Assembly (NCBI GenBank): GCA_026025075.1
Contig: JAPEUI010000082.1
Coordinates: forward strand, 1-64,000
Reading direction: 5' to 3'
DNA from: Vezdaea acicularis
Lineage: Eukaryota
Length of the DNA stretch: 64,000 nucleotides
Every line of letters begins with the position of its first letter. The stretch's first letter is position 1. The notes beneath the pieces are model-generated. The model had not been told where the DNA came from. It was given only the letters and a program-made list of their open reading frames with translations, and made no database searches. A program made the translations under genes and the position numbers. Shown one piece after another: positions 24,951 through 36,715 of this stretch.

Positions 24951-25690
24951 GCGAGACGCTAGCGACTCCCGGGTATTGCGAATGAAACGCAGTACTTTAC
25001 GGAAGGGGTGAACCGTGCATGAAACGGTGAGACTAGTAGAGATTGGAGTTCTAAGACAAAGTAGAACTGCAATCACCGGTGTAAGGGCGTGAAAACTTAG
25101 CAAATGTCATAACGAAACGGAGGTTCGATGATGTTCTGATCCTACCCAAAAACGATTACTTGCGGACGGCATTCTATTGGAGGGTTACATTCAATGGTTC
25201 GTGGCGTATTCTGTTAGACCGCTCGGATTCTGCAGGTAGTCCTGCATGCCAAGACGGTTGGCCTGCATAAACTTGGGCGTTCGGCGGTCAAACGAACTCG
25301 AGAAAATGCGACATCAAAACTTGCCGAGTTCAAGAAGCTGAAAAGGCGCGTCGCTTGGCTTTTATGACTGTAGAACTTCATTGTACGCATGATCTCATAT
25401 GCGCTGTATGAGTTTCTTTTTTTAAACAATCATGGTATAGCTGAATGTGCTCTATACCAATTGAAACGCGTGCAATCTCAAATTACTACTATCACCAGTT
25501 GCGAAAGATCCTCAATGGCTTGTCCATATATCGGACCCTTCGGGTCAAATATCTTTCCAAGGGGGAGTATCCAAGGCGGTCTGTTGACATCTCCCGAAAC
25601 TTCGTGGCTTCATAACCGTGGAAAGCATAAATGCAACGTCGGGGCTGAATCGTATGGATGAGCTTCTCCTCATTCTTGGGCGTGCTTGAT

Positions 25691-25697
25691 TATAAAA
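25691..25697 (+). promoter_or_regulatory. TATA box of the orphan gene at 25938
   Basis: TATAAAA about 245 bp upstream of the ATG. Confidence 0.5.
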
Positions 25698-25937
25698 AGG
25701 CCATCAAATCCTGTTGAAATGAGGTATCATACATTCGATATAATCTTCACCGTGCACAACACATCTAAAGCCTCTTAGCTTAGTTCATCAAATATTATAG
25801 GAGTCCTCGATCCCCATATACACTTGTTTCAGTACGAGATCTAACCTAGTCAAGAGTGCGTCAGTCGGAACCACCCTCAACCCATCAAAGGCTTGCTGCA
25901 GAAGCCCATCTAAAGAATTCTCAAGACACCCGACGCC

Positions 25938-27822
25938 ATGAGTGATAAAAGCCTTGGTCGTGCTCCTTCTAACGCCTCCCAAAAGGGAAAACGAGGAAAA
26001 AAGCTGCCCCAGAAAACAAATCTTTACGTTATCCTACCTGCGCGGGTCACCGGAGACTTATGGCATCTTGCTGCTGCGCAGATTCTCTCAAACAAATATC
26101 CTGAGACATATCTTCCGGAGGGGGCTGAATACTATATCAACATTGTCCCTGTCATTGTGCTCAACTATGAGGCAAGTTTCTCTAAAGAAAAGCTCGACGC
26201 GGATAGATCCGCGCCAGAAGGTTGGAATGCTGCGGAACTGAAAGACCAAGTTCAAAACGGTCGCATGACTTTCAACTTCTTGAGGGACTTGGGTCTTGAT
26301 TGTCTCCTTGCCGTTATAAAAGATGCAAAGGGCGAGGTGGGCCTAAAGAAACTAGCACGGTTTATGTTTCGGGTGTCAGACGATTGGTACGATACTCTAT
26401 ACAACAAGCAGATCACAACCGCCGAGGCCCTCAACAGCTTCTCGGCCGTCTTTGAAGCTGCAATTGGAGATGTGACCACGCAAAGAACCTATAATCCTAA
26501 CGCCGTCTCGGATTCCTACATGCCGCCACTGGGTTCTCGAAAACTAGATTATCTGGCAGCCACCACGGTAGCTATGCAAGCTCTGGCTGAGCAGGCTCCC
26601 AAAAAGGCACTTAACCCAGACGGACTTAGTGAAAGACTTCATTTTCTTCACACTGCTCTAAACCCCAATGGTAGCAAACGTGTCCCATATAATGAAGACC
26701 TCGTTTTGTCAGATGAGCAAGTTGAGGAACAGGCGAACGAACGATACAAAACATTTCTAGGCCTGATACATGGTGAAAAACAAAAGGTTGTCCTCTATAA
26801 CCACCGGAGTAATAAGACGAACCGCCAGACCGATTCTAATATGGAAATATTTGGTTTCTTTTATACAACAGTGAAAAGTGTCGATCCTGAAACGCAGATC
26901 ATCGTCATCAACACTGGTGGGGCGCTTGGAAAATTCGAGGACTACCCAGACGTTGAAATTTTTGATCTTTTCCGCAAGACTGAAAAACCCACGGTACCCT
27001 TTCCCGGCATCAATCCTTTAGTAACATGTCGCTTCTGGTCCAAGATTGCAAAGTTCGACCAAGTCCTTGGTGTCTTCAGTGGTCGATCAGGTTCAGTGGA
27101 CGTTGCAGCATTCAACGGCGTCAACTGCTACTACTGGGATGTCCCTTATCTTCAGGTCGCAGCAAATGACAGGGAACTGATCAAAACATTTGGTTTAATT
27201 CCAAACCCTCTGGATAAGAATTTCACTTGGAAAGACTGGAACAAGTTCGTTGGGACTGTCGAGGGTCAGGTCCCTCAATGCCTAAGATGCATTCAACTCC
27301 GCATGGTGATGACGATCGGACTAGTTGACAAAGGCGTCATGAAGGATGGCTCTCCTGGCGAAGTAATCTGGCACACTGTCCAGGAAAAGCCCCTGAAGCT
27401 CTGGCTTGCCGGCAAGAGAGGAGACCGCGGTCAGGGACCGCACGACTTCCCTGTGTGCCCTGCAAACCTCGATAAGCGAGGGGTGGAATGGTTGATCTGG
27501 GAGCGAGACAGTCCGAAAGATAAACTTGGAAAATATATTCCGGAGCCTGATAAGGGCCAGGCCCAGGTTTTGGAAAAGACCAGAGATCAGCAAATCACGG
27601 TAAGAAGTTCCCTTACCTTGCTCCTTGAACACTTTCTGATGACTTATACAGCCAAAGACCATTCAATATTTCCGGCAAGGAATGCTGGAAAATTACAAAT
27701 ATGGAATCTCGTGTGCCGCCTTGAAAGATACTGGTGCTCCTTCAAAAGAAAAGCCAAGCGGATTCGAGGACGGATATTACCGGTTTGACGGTGGGGTAAT
27801 TAATAAGTCATTATATAATTAG
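25938..27822 (+). CDS. Uncharacterised ~610-aa protein with GT-B glycosyltransferase-like motifs; intron 27600-27651
   Basis: A long open frame, then a GTAAGA...CTGAT...CAG intron giving the C-terminus PKTIQYFRQGMLENYKYG...SLYN*. Motifs YVILPARVTGDLWHLAAAQIL, KVVLYNHR and GVFSGRSGSVDVAAFNGVNCYYWDVP. The gene call is solid; the function is an inference. Confidence 0.75.
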
Positions 27823-28099
27823 TAAGTTAGCGGGCTTACGACCTTCTTCGTCGCCTATTTGTGATGCTATCAAAACTTCAAATTCTCGACTTCAAATATG
27901 TGATGAGATTTATTTACCTTTCAACGAGTTTCCTCATACGCCTCTGCCTTGGCATAGCTAAAACCATTCATTATCTGCTAATATGCACTGCTTTCACTTC
28001 ACAATGCAACTTGTGACTCAAGACCGGATACTTCGCGCAAAGCCATTAAAACAGCACAGGTGTCGAATAGTACAGCTTCCTTTGTCATAATGAGAACTA

Positions 28100-28500
28100 G
28101 ATCGTAAGCCGATGGAGCGATAGAGATAGCATCCCCCTCACTGCGGCTCAGCTCGACGTTTCATGCGCTGTCCGGATGAAGGATCAATGCATCTTTGTTG
28201 TTCATCGAGGATGTGACGGCGGCCCTCGATCACCACGCAAACGCTCGATCGTCAGCCGCCGTGGATAGGCAATTGACGAAGGCAGAGCTGAGCCGTGGCC
28301 GTAACTTATTGCATCTGGCAGCTATCTGGCACGTGTACTCGCTAGACGGGAGGGGAATAGTCGACAGTGTTGATGGTAAAGGAGCAATAGAGACGATTGA
28401 CGATGAAGTTCACGACATCGCGAGGTACGAAAGCGGCGAGCGGGTTGCGCAAGGCGCCTTCCCCGATCGGGCGGTCGCTAACCCGCTTCGAGGTATCCAC
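28100..28500. ncRNA. Candidate structured non-coding RNA or cis-element with long stems and an H-type pseudoknot
   Basis: 28141-28154 pairs with 28285-28298; ATCGAGG 28204-28210 with CCTCGAT 28224-28230; ACGGCGGC 28216-28223 with GCCGCCGT 28255-28262; AGCGGGTT-GCG near 28439 with CGC-T-AACCCGCT near 28476. No convincing ORF on either strand. Confidence 0.4.
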
Positions 28501-28695
28501 CAATGAGATTAGTTGATGAGGGTATCTAGTCGGATGGCATAGATGATGCAGATAGATTGTGTAGATTGAATACTGGGATCAATGTCCGAGCACTTTCCCC
28601 CATTGTCATCTGCGGGGAATTACGGGATCAACGCTTGAAGTTAGGATAGCGCGGGCTCAGGTCACGGCATAGTGCTCGGCACGTGTCAGTGAAGG

Positions 28696-28704
28696 GTCAC
28701 GTGA
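28696..28704. promoter_or_regulatory. E-box/Cbf1-type site GTCACGTGA upstream of INCENP
   Basis: Perfect RTCACGTG match, with a second CACGTG at 28680-28685. Confidence 0.4.
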
Positions 28705-28958
28705 AAACGGGCTTGCACCGCGTCTTCGCTAACGCCCAGCCGAATGGGACCAAAACAATGGCGAGGAGAAGACCTACACTTCACAACACAGCTTTTTGAG
28801 GTCAACGTCAGTTGTACACTTGGCGACGTTGAGTCGCCACCCCTCTACTTCGTTCTCTCGTCAATCGCCATGCGCATCTAAGCTTCGACTTCGATTTCCC
28901 CAGCGCGTCCGCTAGGCGACTCTGCATCTTGTAAACAACTTATCAAGAAGTATTTGCA

Positions 28959-31900
28959 ATGGCCTCTATTCGCTCAAGAGGGACGACGGCTATTGGCAGC
29001 GGCCCATGGATCTCTAATGAGCGCGATCAATTTAATCATATTACTGATCAAGAGATCGAAGAATTTGCATTCTCTACGCAAAATGAGATGCAATGGCTCA
29101 ACGAGCACATGACCGATATATTTAGCAAAGACCGAATGTAGGCACTCAATTTGGGAGTTCAGAACGTATATACTAACTCAACTATAGCGAAGTCACCGAG
29201 ATATTCAAGACGCCAGGAAAGTTGCGAGGCAAGACACCTAGGACTGCACGGAAACGGGACGCCCTAGGAAGCCGCCTTGTGAGTGTTTATAGTAAATAGT
29301 AAATCAAGCGACTAACATTCGTAGCCTCTTACCGATGTCTTCGCTCCTAACACTCAGAAGATTCCAAGCTCTCAGCATGGCCTAGAGATATTCAAGCAGC
29401 CACCTCCATTTCAGCTTGCGGAAGTTGCGTCTGTCCCTTTGAAGTCTGACGCGAACAGAAACAGAAAAGTCTATGGCAAGGGGAAAGAAAATGGAGATTC
29501 TGGATATCATGGAATGTCTTCTGACGACATGGAGATGGACCCAATTCCACAAAGGCCTCTTCCATCTCCACCAGAGAAGCTCGGCAGCATTCTGCATGAC
29601 TCTGACGGGTTAAGGAACAATTTTAGCACACAAGAAGATTCGGGATCGACAAGGACCGAAACAAGACCCACAGAAACTAGTTTACCGCACATAAACTCGA
29701 TGCCTGTGGATGAGGCGTATGCTTCGCAGAATACACAGCCGAAAGGCTTAGCACCCGCCTCGCAGATCTTTGCAAGCAAGGTTTCCTCGACTCAACGAAC
29801 TCTCGATTCTGCCTATGGATCGCAAGATACCCAAGCAACTTCACAATTCACCTCCCGACTGTCTCAGCATCCTTTGTCTCAGCAATCCCACGGTGCACCA
29901 CTGTCTCAAAAAATGGTGATCCTGCCAGAAGATGTTAATGACAAAACTGCCGTAGATCGGGGTATGGAGGTCATCAGATCTCCTTCTGAAGGATCGAGCC
30001 CAGTACGACCGCTTGTTAGAAAGAGTAGCTTGACTTTTGCGTCGCTGCCAGCTCGTGAACCTCTCGCCACTAAGAAGAGCATTGGCACAAGAACGTCAAC
30101 TGCAAATTCTCAAGAGCAATCCAAAGTCAATGGTGGAAGTCGAGGAATCCATCTTGGAAGACAAGCGAGTACTAAGAGTTCCGGTGAAGCCCTTTTAGGG
30201 ACAGATTTAGAGGATGAAATGGACGTTGACATTGAGGTGGCGCATTCAGCTAAAGATCTACCGGAGGAATCAGATCAGGAGACCAGAACGAAGAGTTTAC
30301 ATAACAAGACATCTACTCAGAGGTTGCACGAAAAGATCAACATGCTCGGACAATCACAGCCATCCCGCCCAACTAAATCCATCCCATCAATTGCGAACAA
30401 TTCCTCCCTATCGATCTATCCAGACTTATCTCAGCTTAGTACGGAAAATATCAGTTCACAGCAGAACGAGTTAAGAGCCACCAATGCTGTAAAATTCTCC
30501 AAACAGGAAGCTGCCTTGACTTCAGAGGATGAGGATGATTGGATACCTATGAAGCCACCAGTCCCTAACGCCACAAGAGCAAGACCTCCAATCGCAACAA
30601 TCAAATCCGTAGAGGTCCTTGAGAATGGCAACCCTCGTAAAGCAGGTAACGCTTCGTCAATCGTCCAAGAATCAAGATCTCAACGACAAGAACCGCTGGA
30701 GCTCGCGAACAAACAACTTCGGGGTGGCCTTCGTCCAGGACATATGAAAGCTGCGTCAACATCAATTATTGCTTCCCCAACCATTTCAGCGATAGTACCG
30801 GACTCGAACCACAAGAAGACAATTTCAGTATCGAACCCGCATTTGCCATCCATAGTCGAGAATGGTGGGAATTCCCATGCGTCATATACCCCAATTGGGA
30901 GTCCAACATCAAGGAAGCATCCCGATGGCCCTTTGAGTGCTTCAAAAGCCAAGCTATCTTCTATCATCAAATCGGCTCGAGGTATGTTCGCGAGTAGCGC
31001 GGGCTTAAGTGCACAGGCGAAAATGGAGACATTATCTCCATCATCCATGAAAGCTCGTAATGCTGACAATATTGCTTCTGTAAATGAAGCCTTACATGGG
31101 AAATCGACAACAATATTCCACAAACTAAACGTCAGCGCCGACTTCGTCTCTTCTGAGGTTTCTCGAATACCGAGCCCATCTCGGTCGTCCCTGAGGAGAG
31201 AAGAGGGCCGTCGAACGCGAAGTTCAAGTGAGCGGGAAGAAAAACGGAAAGAGAAGGAGGCTAAAGAAAGGCAGAAAGTGGCCGAGGAGCTAGAAAAAGC
31301 CCGAGGAAAGGAGGCTCAGAAGGCTGCTGCTTACAAGCTGGAAAAAGAAAGGGTTGCCGCCCAGGAGAAGAAGTACCTGGCGCAGAAGAAGGTCGAAGAA
31401 AGACTTGTTAAACATAACCAAAGCGAGAAACCCACTCGAAAGAGCCCTCGCGGAACAAAGGTGCAAGGCGAAGACGAGCTAGCTCTCAACGAAGTTGAGG
31501 CGCTTGACCAAGACATAGTGATGCCAGACGCAAACCAGCACCAGGGTCCAACTACGAACCAGAGTCAAGGGTCATCGCTGATCCAGAAGCCTAAAGACCG
31601 ACGTCCCATACGACCAGCTAGAGAGGCCTCCACTAAAGCGAAACCTGCGCCAGTCTCCATTCGAGTCGGTACGGCTTCGCAGCGTCTACAGATTGGTCAG
31701 AGCCACCCGTCTACTACACACCTTGCCTCAACTTTACAAACTTCCCTTGGCCCAGTACCACCACAGAAGCCTTCAGGTCCTGTCACAAAGCCCAGCAACA
31801 ACTCTTTACACACTTCAGCGTCGAACACAAGCCTCAAAAGCTCAGCGTCTTCTACTGTTGGGAAGCCAAAGGCACTTTTAGCCGCAGCAAAGAAAAGAGA

Positions 31901-33238
31901 GCAAGACGAGAAAGAGGCACAACGAAAAGCAGATCACAAGCGTGAAATGGAGCGTAAACGAGCCGCACAACAAGAAGAAGACCGACGCCAAGAACATCAG
32001 CGACGACTAGATGCCGAACGACAACAGAGGGAAAAGCCTGCTCAGCTAGATGAATCACGAAAGCTCGCTCAAAAGCAGACCATTGAGAAACGAAGACTGG
32101 AGAATGCGAAGAAGGCTGACCAGCAACGAAGCTTGGCGGAACGGTCTCAAGCCAAGGCTTCGGTTGATCTTGTGGGTGCTAATCTTCAACTCCTTAAGCC
32201 TTGAGCTAATTAGAGAAGGGCAACTCTACACATCAGGACAGAGCACATGCTCCTCCCCCCGTCCACCGTGGAGATCTTGGCAACGCCAGACTGGTCTCAA
32301 AGATGAGCAATGCGCCTAACGTAAGTTGTGGAAAGTACCTGTCATGGGCACGCTAATTCTTTTAACAGCCCCGCGAAATTCAAGAGGACTTCACAAGATC
32401 TGTCAACGCACCACCAATGAACCCCGCTCGCCCGCCGAAACGCGTGTTCCAGGCCGAAGCCTCCGAAGAGCAGTCTCATCGACAAGCAGCCCGGCAGGGT
32501 CCACCGTTCGAACAGAATGATGCAAAACGAAGACGGACCAATGACGAAGGCTCCGAGGTGCCAGACTCCCGACAGCCCATGCCCCCACCAGTTCGCCAGT
32601 CCAGCATCCGCAAAGACGCTCCCAATAAGACCATCTTCGCACACGGCTACACCACCGCCCCCTCCAACCAAGCTTTCCCTCACGTCGCCACCTCCCTCCT
32701 TAAATCTACCACCATGAACCAGCATCACATTAACCACAGCAAGCCCGCGCACCCGATGGACATGGCGAAGTTCTCCTCCGCCAAAATTCCATTCGCGGAG
32801 AACCCCAACGGCGCAGGGCCACACAAAACGCCTATCCGCCCCGTCACCGCATCGGCGAAGTCCTCGCCCCGCTACCAGAACGGCGAGGCAATCGAACTCC
32901 CCGAGATCGCGACCGACTCCGAGGACGACGACGAGGACGAGTTCGCCGTGCCAGACTGGGCAAATTCGCCCGAGCTGCGCAAACTGCTCGAGGACCAACA
33001 ACTCGTGGACCCAGAGCAAGTCTTCGGCCCGATGGCGACCCTGCATATGGAAGAGATCTTCAGGAATAAAGACCGCCATCACCGCTTCAGGAGTCGGACC
33101 AGCTCGGCCAATTGGAGTGGCCAGGATCGGTTGACGCAGGAGGAGATTATTAGGGATGCTGAGGCTAGAGAGAGACTTAGGGCGAATGGGGGCTGGACCT
33201 ACGGGTTGACGGACTCGGGAAAGAAGGGGAGGCCCTGA
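28959..33238 (+). CDS. INCENP: Inner centromere protein (INCENP/Sli15/Pic1), chromosomal passenger complex; introns 29138-29187, 29279-29324, 32172-32218, 32321-32368
   Basis: C-terminal IN-box/ARK-binding region ELPEIATDSED...VPDWANSPEL...DPEQVFGP..TLHMEEIF...RFRSRTSSANWSG. Conserved N-terminus QWLNEHMTDIF...FKTPGKLRGKTPRT; central charged helical region. Confidence 0.93.
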
Positions 33239-33488
33239 GGTGGTATAGAGGATGCTAGGCTTTTGAGTTTGTGAATTGTAGAGGTGGAAAGTTGGATATC
33301 GTTGTGACCTTACAGTCTATTTTCTGGCGCGAGGGGGCGTAGCTGGGCTTTTACGAGCTCGCTATAGGCATTTATATTGGCTGTTGGCTGTTGGGAGTAC
33401 TGTGTGTCGTTGGTCAGCCGGCATTAATGGAGCAACTACTCCCCCCCTTTCACAAAACGCTAACGCCGACGCTTTCTCTATCCTACTC

Positions 33489-34796
33489 CTACTTTCCCCT
33501 CGATTTCTTAACACTCTGCACCCAACCCTCCACCTCCCCCTTCAGTACAACCATAACCCTCACAACCCCATCCACAACCTCCACACGACTGCCCTCTCCC
33601 TTCTTCCCCCCCAGCACCACCCCAAGCGGCACCTTCTTGCCCACCCTGACCAGCCCGCCGTCCCGCGTATCCATGAAACACTCCACCCCAGCCATGTCCC
33701 TATACAGGCCATCCGTATCCCACGGCAACGAGCCCAGAACCTCTGCTAACACCTCACTCAACCCCTCGTTCTCGGGCTGCGCTTTGATGAAGTCGCTCTG
33801 GTCCGCCAGCGGATAGAGGAGGAGAACCGGGAAATGTAGGATGCTCTGCAGGTCCGCGGGGTCGGGGAGGAGCCGGATCGTCGCGTCTTCGAGATCGGGC
33901 GGGTCGGGGGTTGTGGTCCTAGTTCTGATGCCACGGGCGCGCAGGGCGGCGGCGAGGGTTTGTCGCTCGAGCTCCCGCGCGGCCTCCCTGTCCCGCTGAG
34001 CGCGTTCTTTGGCGGCGACTTGGGTGTCTAGGGTTTGCGCTTTGGAGCGCAGAGTTTCGAATGTTGGGTCTGCGGGAAAGAGGCGCAGGGAGATGGCTAG
34101 AGCGGCGAGAGCGTCGCCCGGCCGGCTCATGCCGAGGAGAGCACGGGCGTGGCGGTGGTGCGCTTTTTTGTTCAGCGGGTTGAGGCGGAGGGCGGAGACG
34201 GCGTCGGCGCGGGCGGAGCGGTTGTTGGAGAGTTTGAGGTGCGCTTCGGACCGGTTCACGAAGAGTGTTTCTTCGAGCTGGCGCTCGCGCGAGCGCTCGA
34301 GCTCGGTATCTGCGCCGTCCGATAATCCTTCGATGGGCTCTCTGTGGAGGCGCTTTTGGCGCGCGGAAGCTAGGGCGGTAAGCCCTTTTGTGTAGTGTTC
34401 GATGGCGTCGCGGTAGGAGGACGTGGCGAAGCTTTCGTTGCCCTGTTGTTTGAAGTTTGTGGCTATTTCGTGGGGAGAGCCTTCGTAGGCTAGGGCGCGA
34501 AGGGCTTCGAGGGAGGGGTTGTCGTCGGTGGGGTCCAGGTGGGTCATGAAGAGGGGGTGACGGTTTAGCTGGGCGATGAGGTCGGGGAGGGGCTGTGAGC
34601 GGATGGAGGAGAGGACAGGAGGGAGGTCGGGGGTTGTGTTGTCGGATGTGGAGTTGCCATTGGATGTGAGGTTGGCAGAAGAGGCGAGGGGGAACGGTAC
34701 AGAATTCGGGTCGGAGAGAAGGGGTTTCGTGGATGTGGAGGGGGGTTTGGGAGAGGTTGTGGGAGTGGTGTTTGGGAGCTCTTCTATTCGGACCAT
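33489..34796 (-). CDS. CNS1: Hsp70/Hsp90 TPR co-chaperone Cns1/TTC4
   Basis: LNRHPLFMT...LEALRALAYEG.P.EIATNFKQQGNE, TPR repeats, and C-terminal FPVLLLYPL..QSDFI...LPWD...GGLVRVGKK. Confidence 0.92.
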   Translation of the reverse strand: MVRIEELPNTTPTTSPKPPSTSTKPLLSDPNSVPFPLASSANLTSNGNSTSDNTTPDLPPVLSSIRSQPLPDLIAQLNRHPLFMTHLDPTDDNPSLEALRALAYEGSPHEIATNFKQQGNESFATSSYRDAIEHYTKGLTALASARQKRLHREPIEGLSDGADTELERSRERQLEETLFVNRSEAHLKLSNNRSARADAVSALRLNPLNKKAHHRHARALLGMSRPGDALAALAISLRLFPADPTFETLRSKAQTLDTQVAAKERAQRDREAARELERQTLAAALRARGIRTRTTTPDPPDLEDATIRLLPDPADLQSILHFPVLLLYPLADQSDFIKAQPENEGLSEVLAEVLGSLPWDTDGLYRDMAGVECFMDTRDGGLVRVGKKVPLGVVLGGKKGEGSRVEVVDGVVRVMVVLKGEVEGWVQSVKKSRGK

Positions 34797-35381
34797 GATG
34801 CTGACGCTGGTGGGGTTCGTAAAGGTCGGAGAAGGGAGGAAAATGGCTCTACAGAGGAGCGTACAGCCTGAGAGACTTTGGTCAGCTTCTAATAAGTGTT
34901 TCTTCTTGAAGTCGAGAAACTTACGAAATGGCGAGTGCCCGTTGATGGTGACCGAAATAATTTCTCAGCGTGCTGGCGGAAAATACCGAAGCATTTGCCC
35001 CGCGATGCCCCGCCCTCCCACATGAATCTGGCGAACTAATGCATCTTCCCAAAAGTCACATATATTTATCCACACTCAGACAAATCTTACACAATTATTG
35101 CAGACTTTTGCTAAACTTTTGCTAAATCAGTGGTATCATTTTGAGAAGACATTTCTAGAAGACGCCCGCGACCTCCCACGTGTGGCTAGAAGTCACACTT
35201 TTCAAGAGATAGCGGTCACTGAGCACCAACCGGACCCACCAGAGCTAAAGAATCTATGGAGAGAGCCTTCCCATCTATGTGTCTGAGCTGAGAAGATACG
35301 ACGTGCGGTTTTCGAAGCCGTTGTTATAGCTTCCACGAAGTTGCTTTCATCTGCTGTACGTCCCAACCTCGCCTTCCGTCC

Positions 35382-36715
35382 TTATTGTATTGTTGGCGCC
35401 GCCATACCCCCCTGTGTCATGCCACTAGTTATAGGTTGCTGGATCTGATTCTGTCCCATCGTAGCAGACATGCTCGGCTTCTGTTGCCCATGTCCCGGTT
35501 TCCCTACACCAGCCTGGGTCTTTGCTTCGGGGAACAATTCTTTTAGCTTCTTGTAAGACTCAGTCAGAGAAGGCAGTTTCGGCGGTGGCTCGAGTATCGC
35601 AGGATGTGCTGGCGTCTGGGCGCTGGGCTTGTGCGCTCGGTCCGCGATAGACGCTAGATATGCTAGATTGGCCTGCAATCGACGCATACATCTGTAATAT
35701 TGCATTAAAATCCCGGTTAGGCACTGCTTAGAGTTTCGGCAAGCGACTCACTCAATGTATTCCTGACTAGGCTTTGTGTCCTTTGTCTCCTTCGCCTCTT
35801 TGGCTTCTCCGTTCTTATCGTCTTTCCCATCGTCTTTGGGCGGCGTGGGCTGGTTCTGGGGCCGGCTTGGAGGTCCTGTCTTACCGGCTTGCTGGAGCTT
35901 GACTACTTCTTGAAGCAAGGCACGATTTATGTCCAAAAGAAGGGCGACGCGGCCTTGTTCTCGCTGCTGCATTTGTGGCGATATTGACGCGCTTGACGCC
36001 TTAGGCCCTTGTTGTGGGATTGCGCTTTGTTGTGGCTGCTTGGAGGGCGGTGTGAGAGGATGACCCATTGACTGTTGCGAGACAGGTTGTGCTGACATAG
36101 GCTGTGGCCGCTGGAATTGCTGAACAGGCTGTGAGTCAAAGGGAGACTCGCTATGTATAGGGGAGACCGAGGTGCCGTAGGCCATCTGCTGCTGCTGCTG
36201 TTGTTGCAGGGGAGCCGAGGTCGTAGCTGTCGGCACGATTTGCGAATACGGGCTACTTGTATAAGGATTTGGCTGACCTGCACACACAACCAAAACGGAT
36301 ATTCGTCAGCCTTACACAACGGCAGAGTCAGGCAGCTACGCGAAAGCCGCATAGATCGTAATTTACACGTACCTGCCATCTGCTGTTGCATCACCATAGG
36401 ACCGCTAACCCCCATCCCAGCGGAGACCCCAACCATGCCCATGTTGTTGAAGCCCATAGGCATGCCCACCGCGGCTCCATACTGCTGCTGAGGCGACGGC
36501 TGTACGAACTGGTTAGGATTAAAGAACGCCTGCTGCTGTTGTTGAGCAAGCAAGTGCTGTGCCTGTGGCTGAGGCGGAGGGGTGTGGAAGGCTTGGGGAT
36601 TCGGAGGGATGAACTGTCCCTGGTGCTGGGAAAGGTGGGGTTGTTGCTGCTGCTGCTGCTGCTGTTGTTGTTGCTGGGGAAAGGCAGGCGGACCGTAGCC
36701 ATTTGGGTAGTTCAT
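35382..36715 (-). CDS. Gln/Pro-rich protein with an SS18/SSXT-like C-terminal domain (exons 36715-36373, 36277-35752, 35691-35382)
   Basis: RVALLLDINRALLQEVVKLQQAG...EYIECMRRLQANLAYLASIAD resembles the SSXT motif (LQxNLxYLAxIAD). Canonical introns. Confidence 0.75.
36641..36675 (-). repeat. CAA/CAG trinucleotide repeat (polyQ tract)
   Basis: (TTG/CTG)n run on the plus strand encoding about 12 Gln. Confidence 0.8.

Noticed and set aside
19352..27822. Idea that the GT-B-like orphan glycosylates the neighbouring Thr-rich secreted proteins
   Set aside because: The orphan has no signal peptide or TM anchor, so it should not enter the secretory pathway; adjacency alone is not evidence.
28249..28255. 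CTGACGA on the minus strand, a hammerhead-type CUGANGA core
   Set aside because: The following stem is not closed directly by GAAA, and no stem III or NUH cleavage site fits.
28478..28484. CTAACCC as a telomerase RNA template within the structured region
   Set aside because: It covers barely one repeat (about 1.5, TAACCCTAA, is expected), is buried in a stem, and lies 3' of the pseudoknot.
28195..28506. 103-aa plus-strand ORF from the ORF track
   Set aside because: Starts at TTG, has no recognisable motif or splice support, and the region is better explained by base-pairing structure.
32342..33082. 246-aa minus-strand ORF and similar long antisense ORFs across the window
   Set aside because: Shadow frames of GC-rich coding exons on the opposite strand (here the last INCENP exon).
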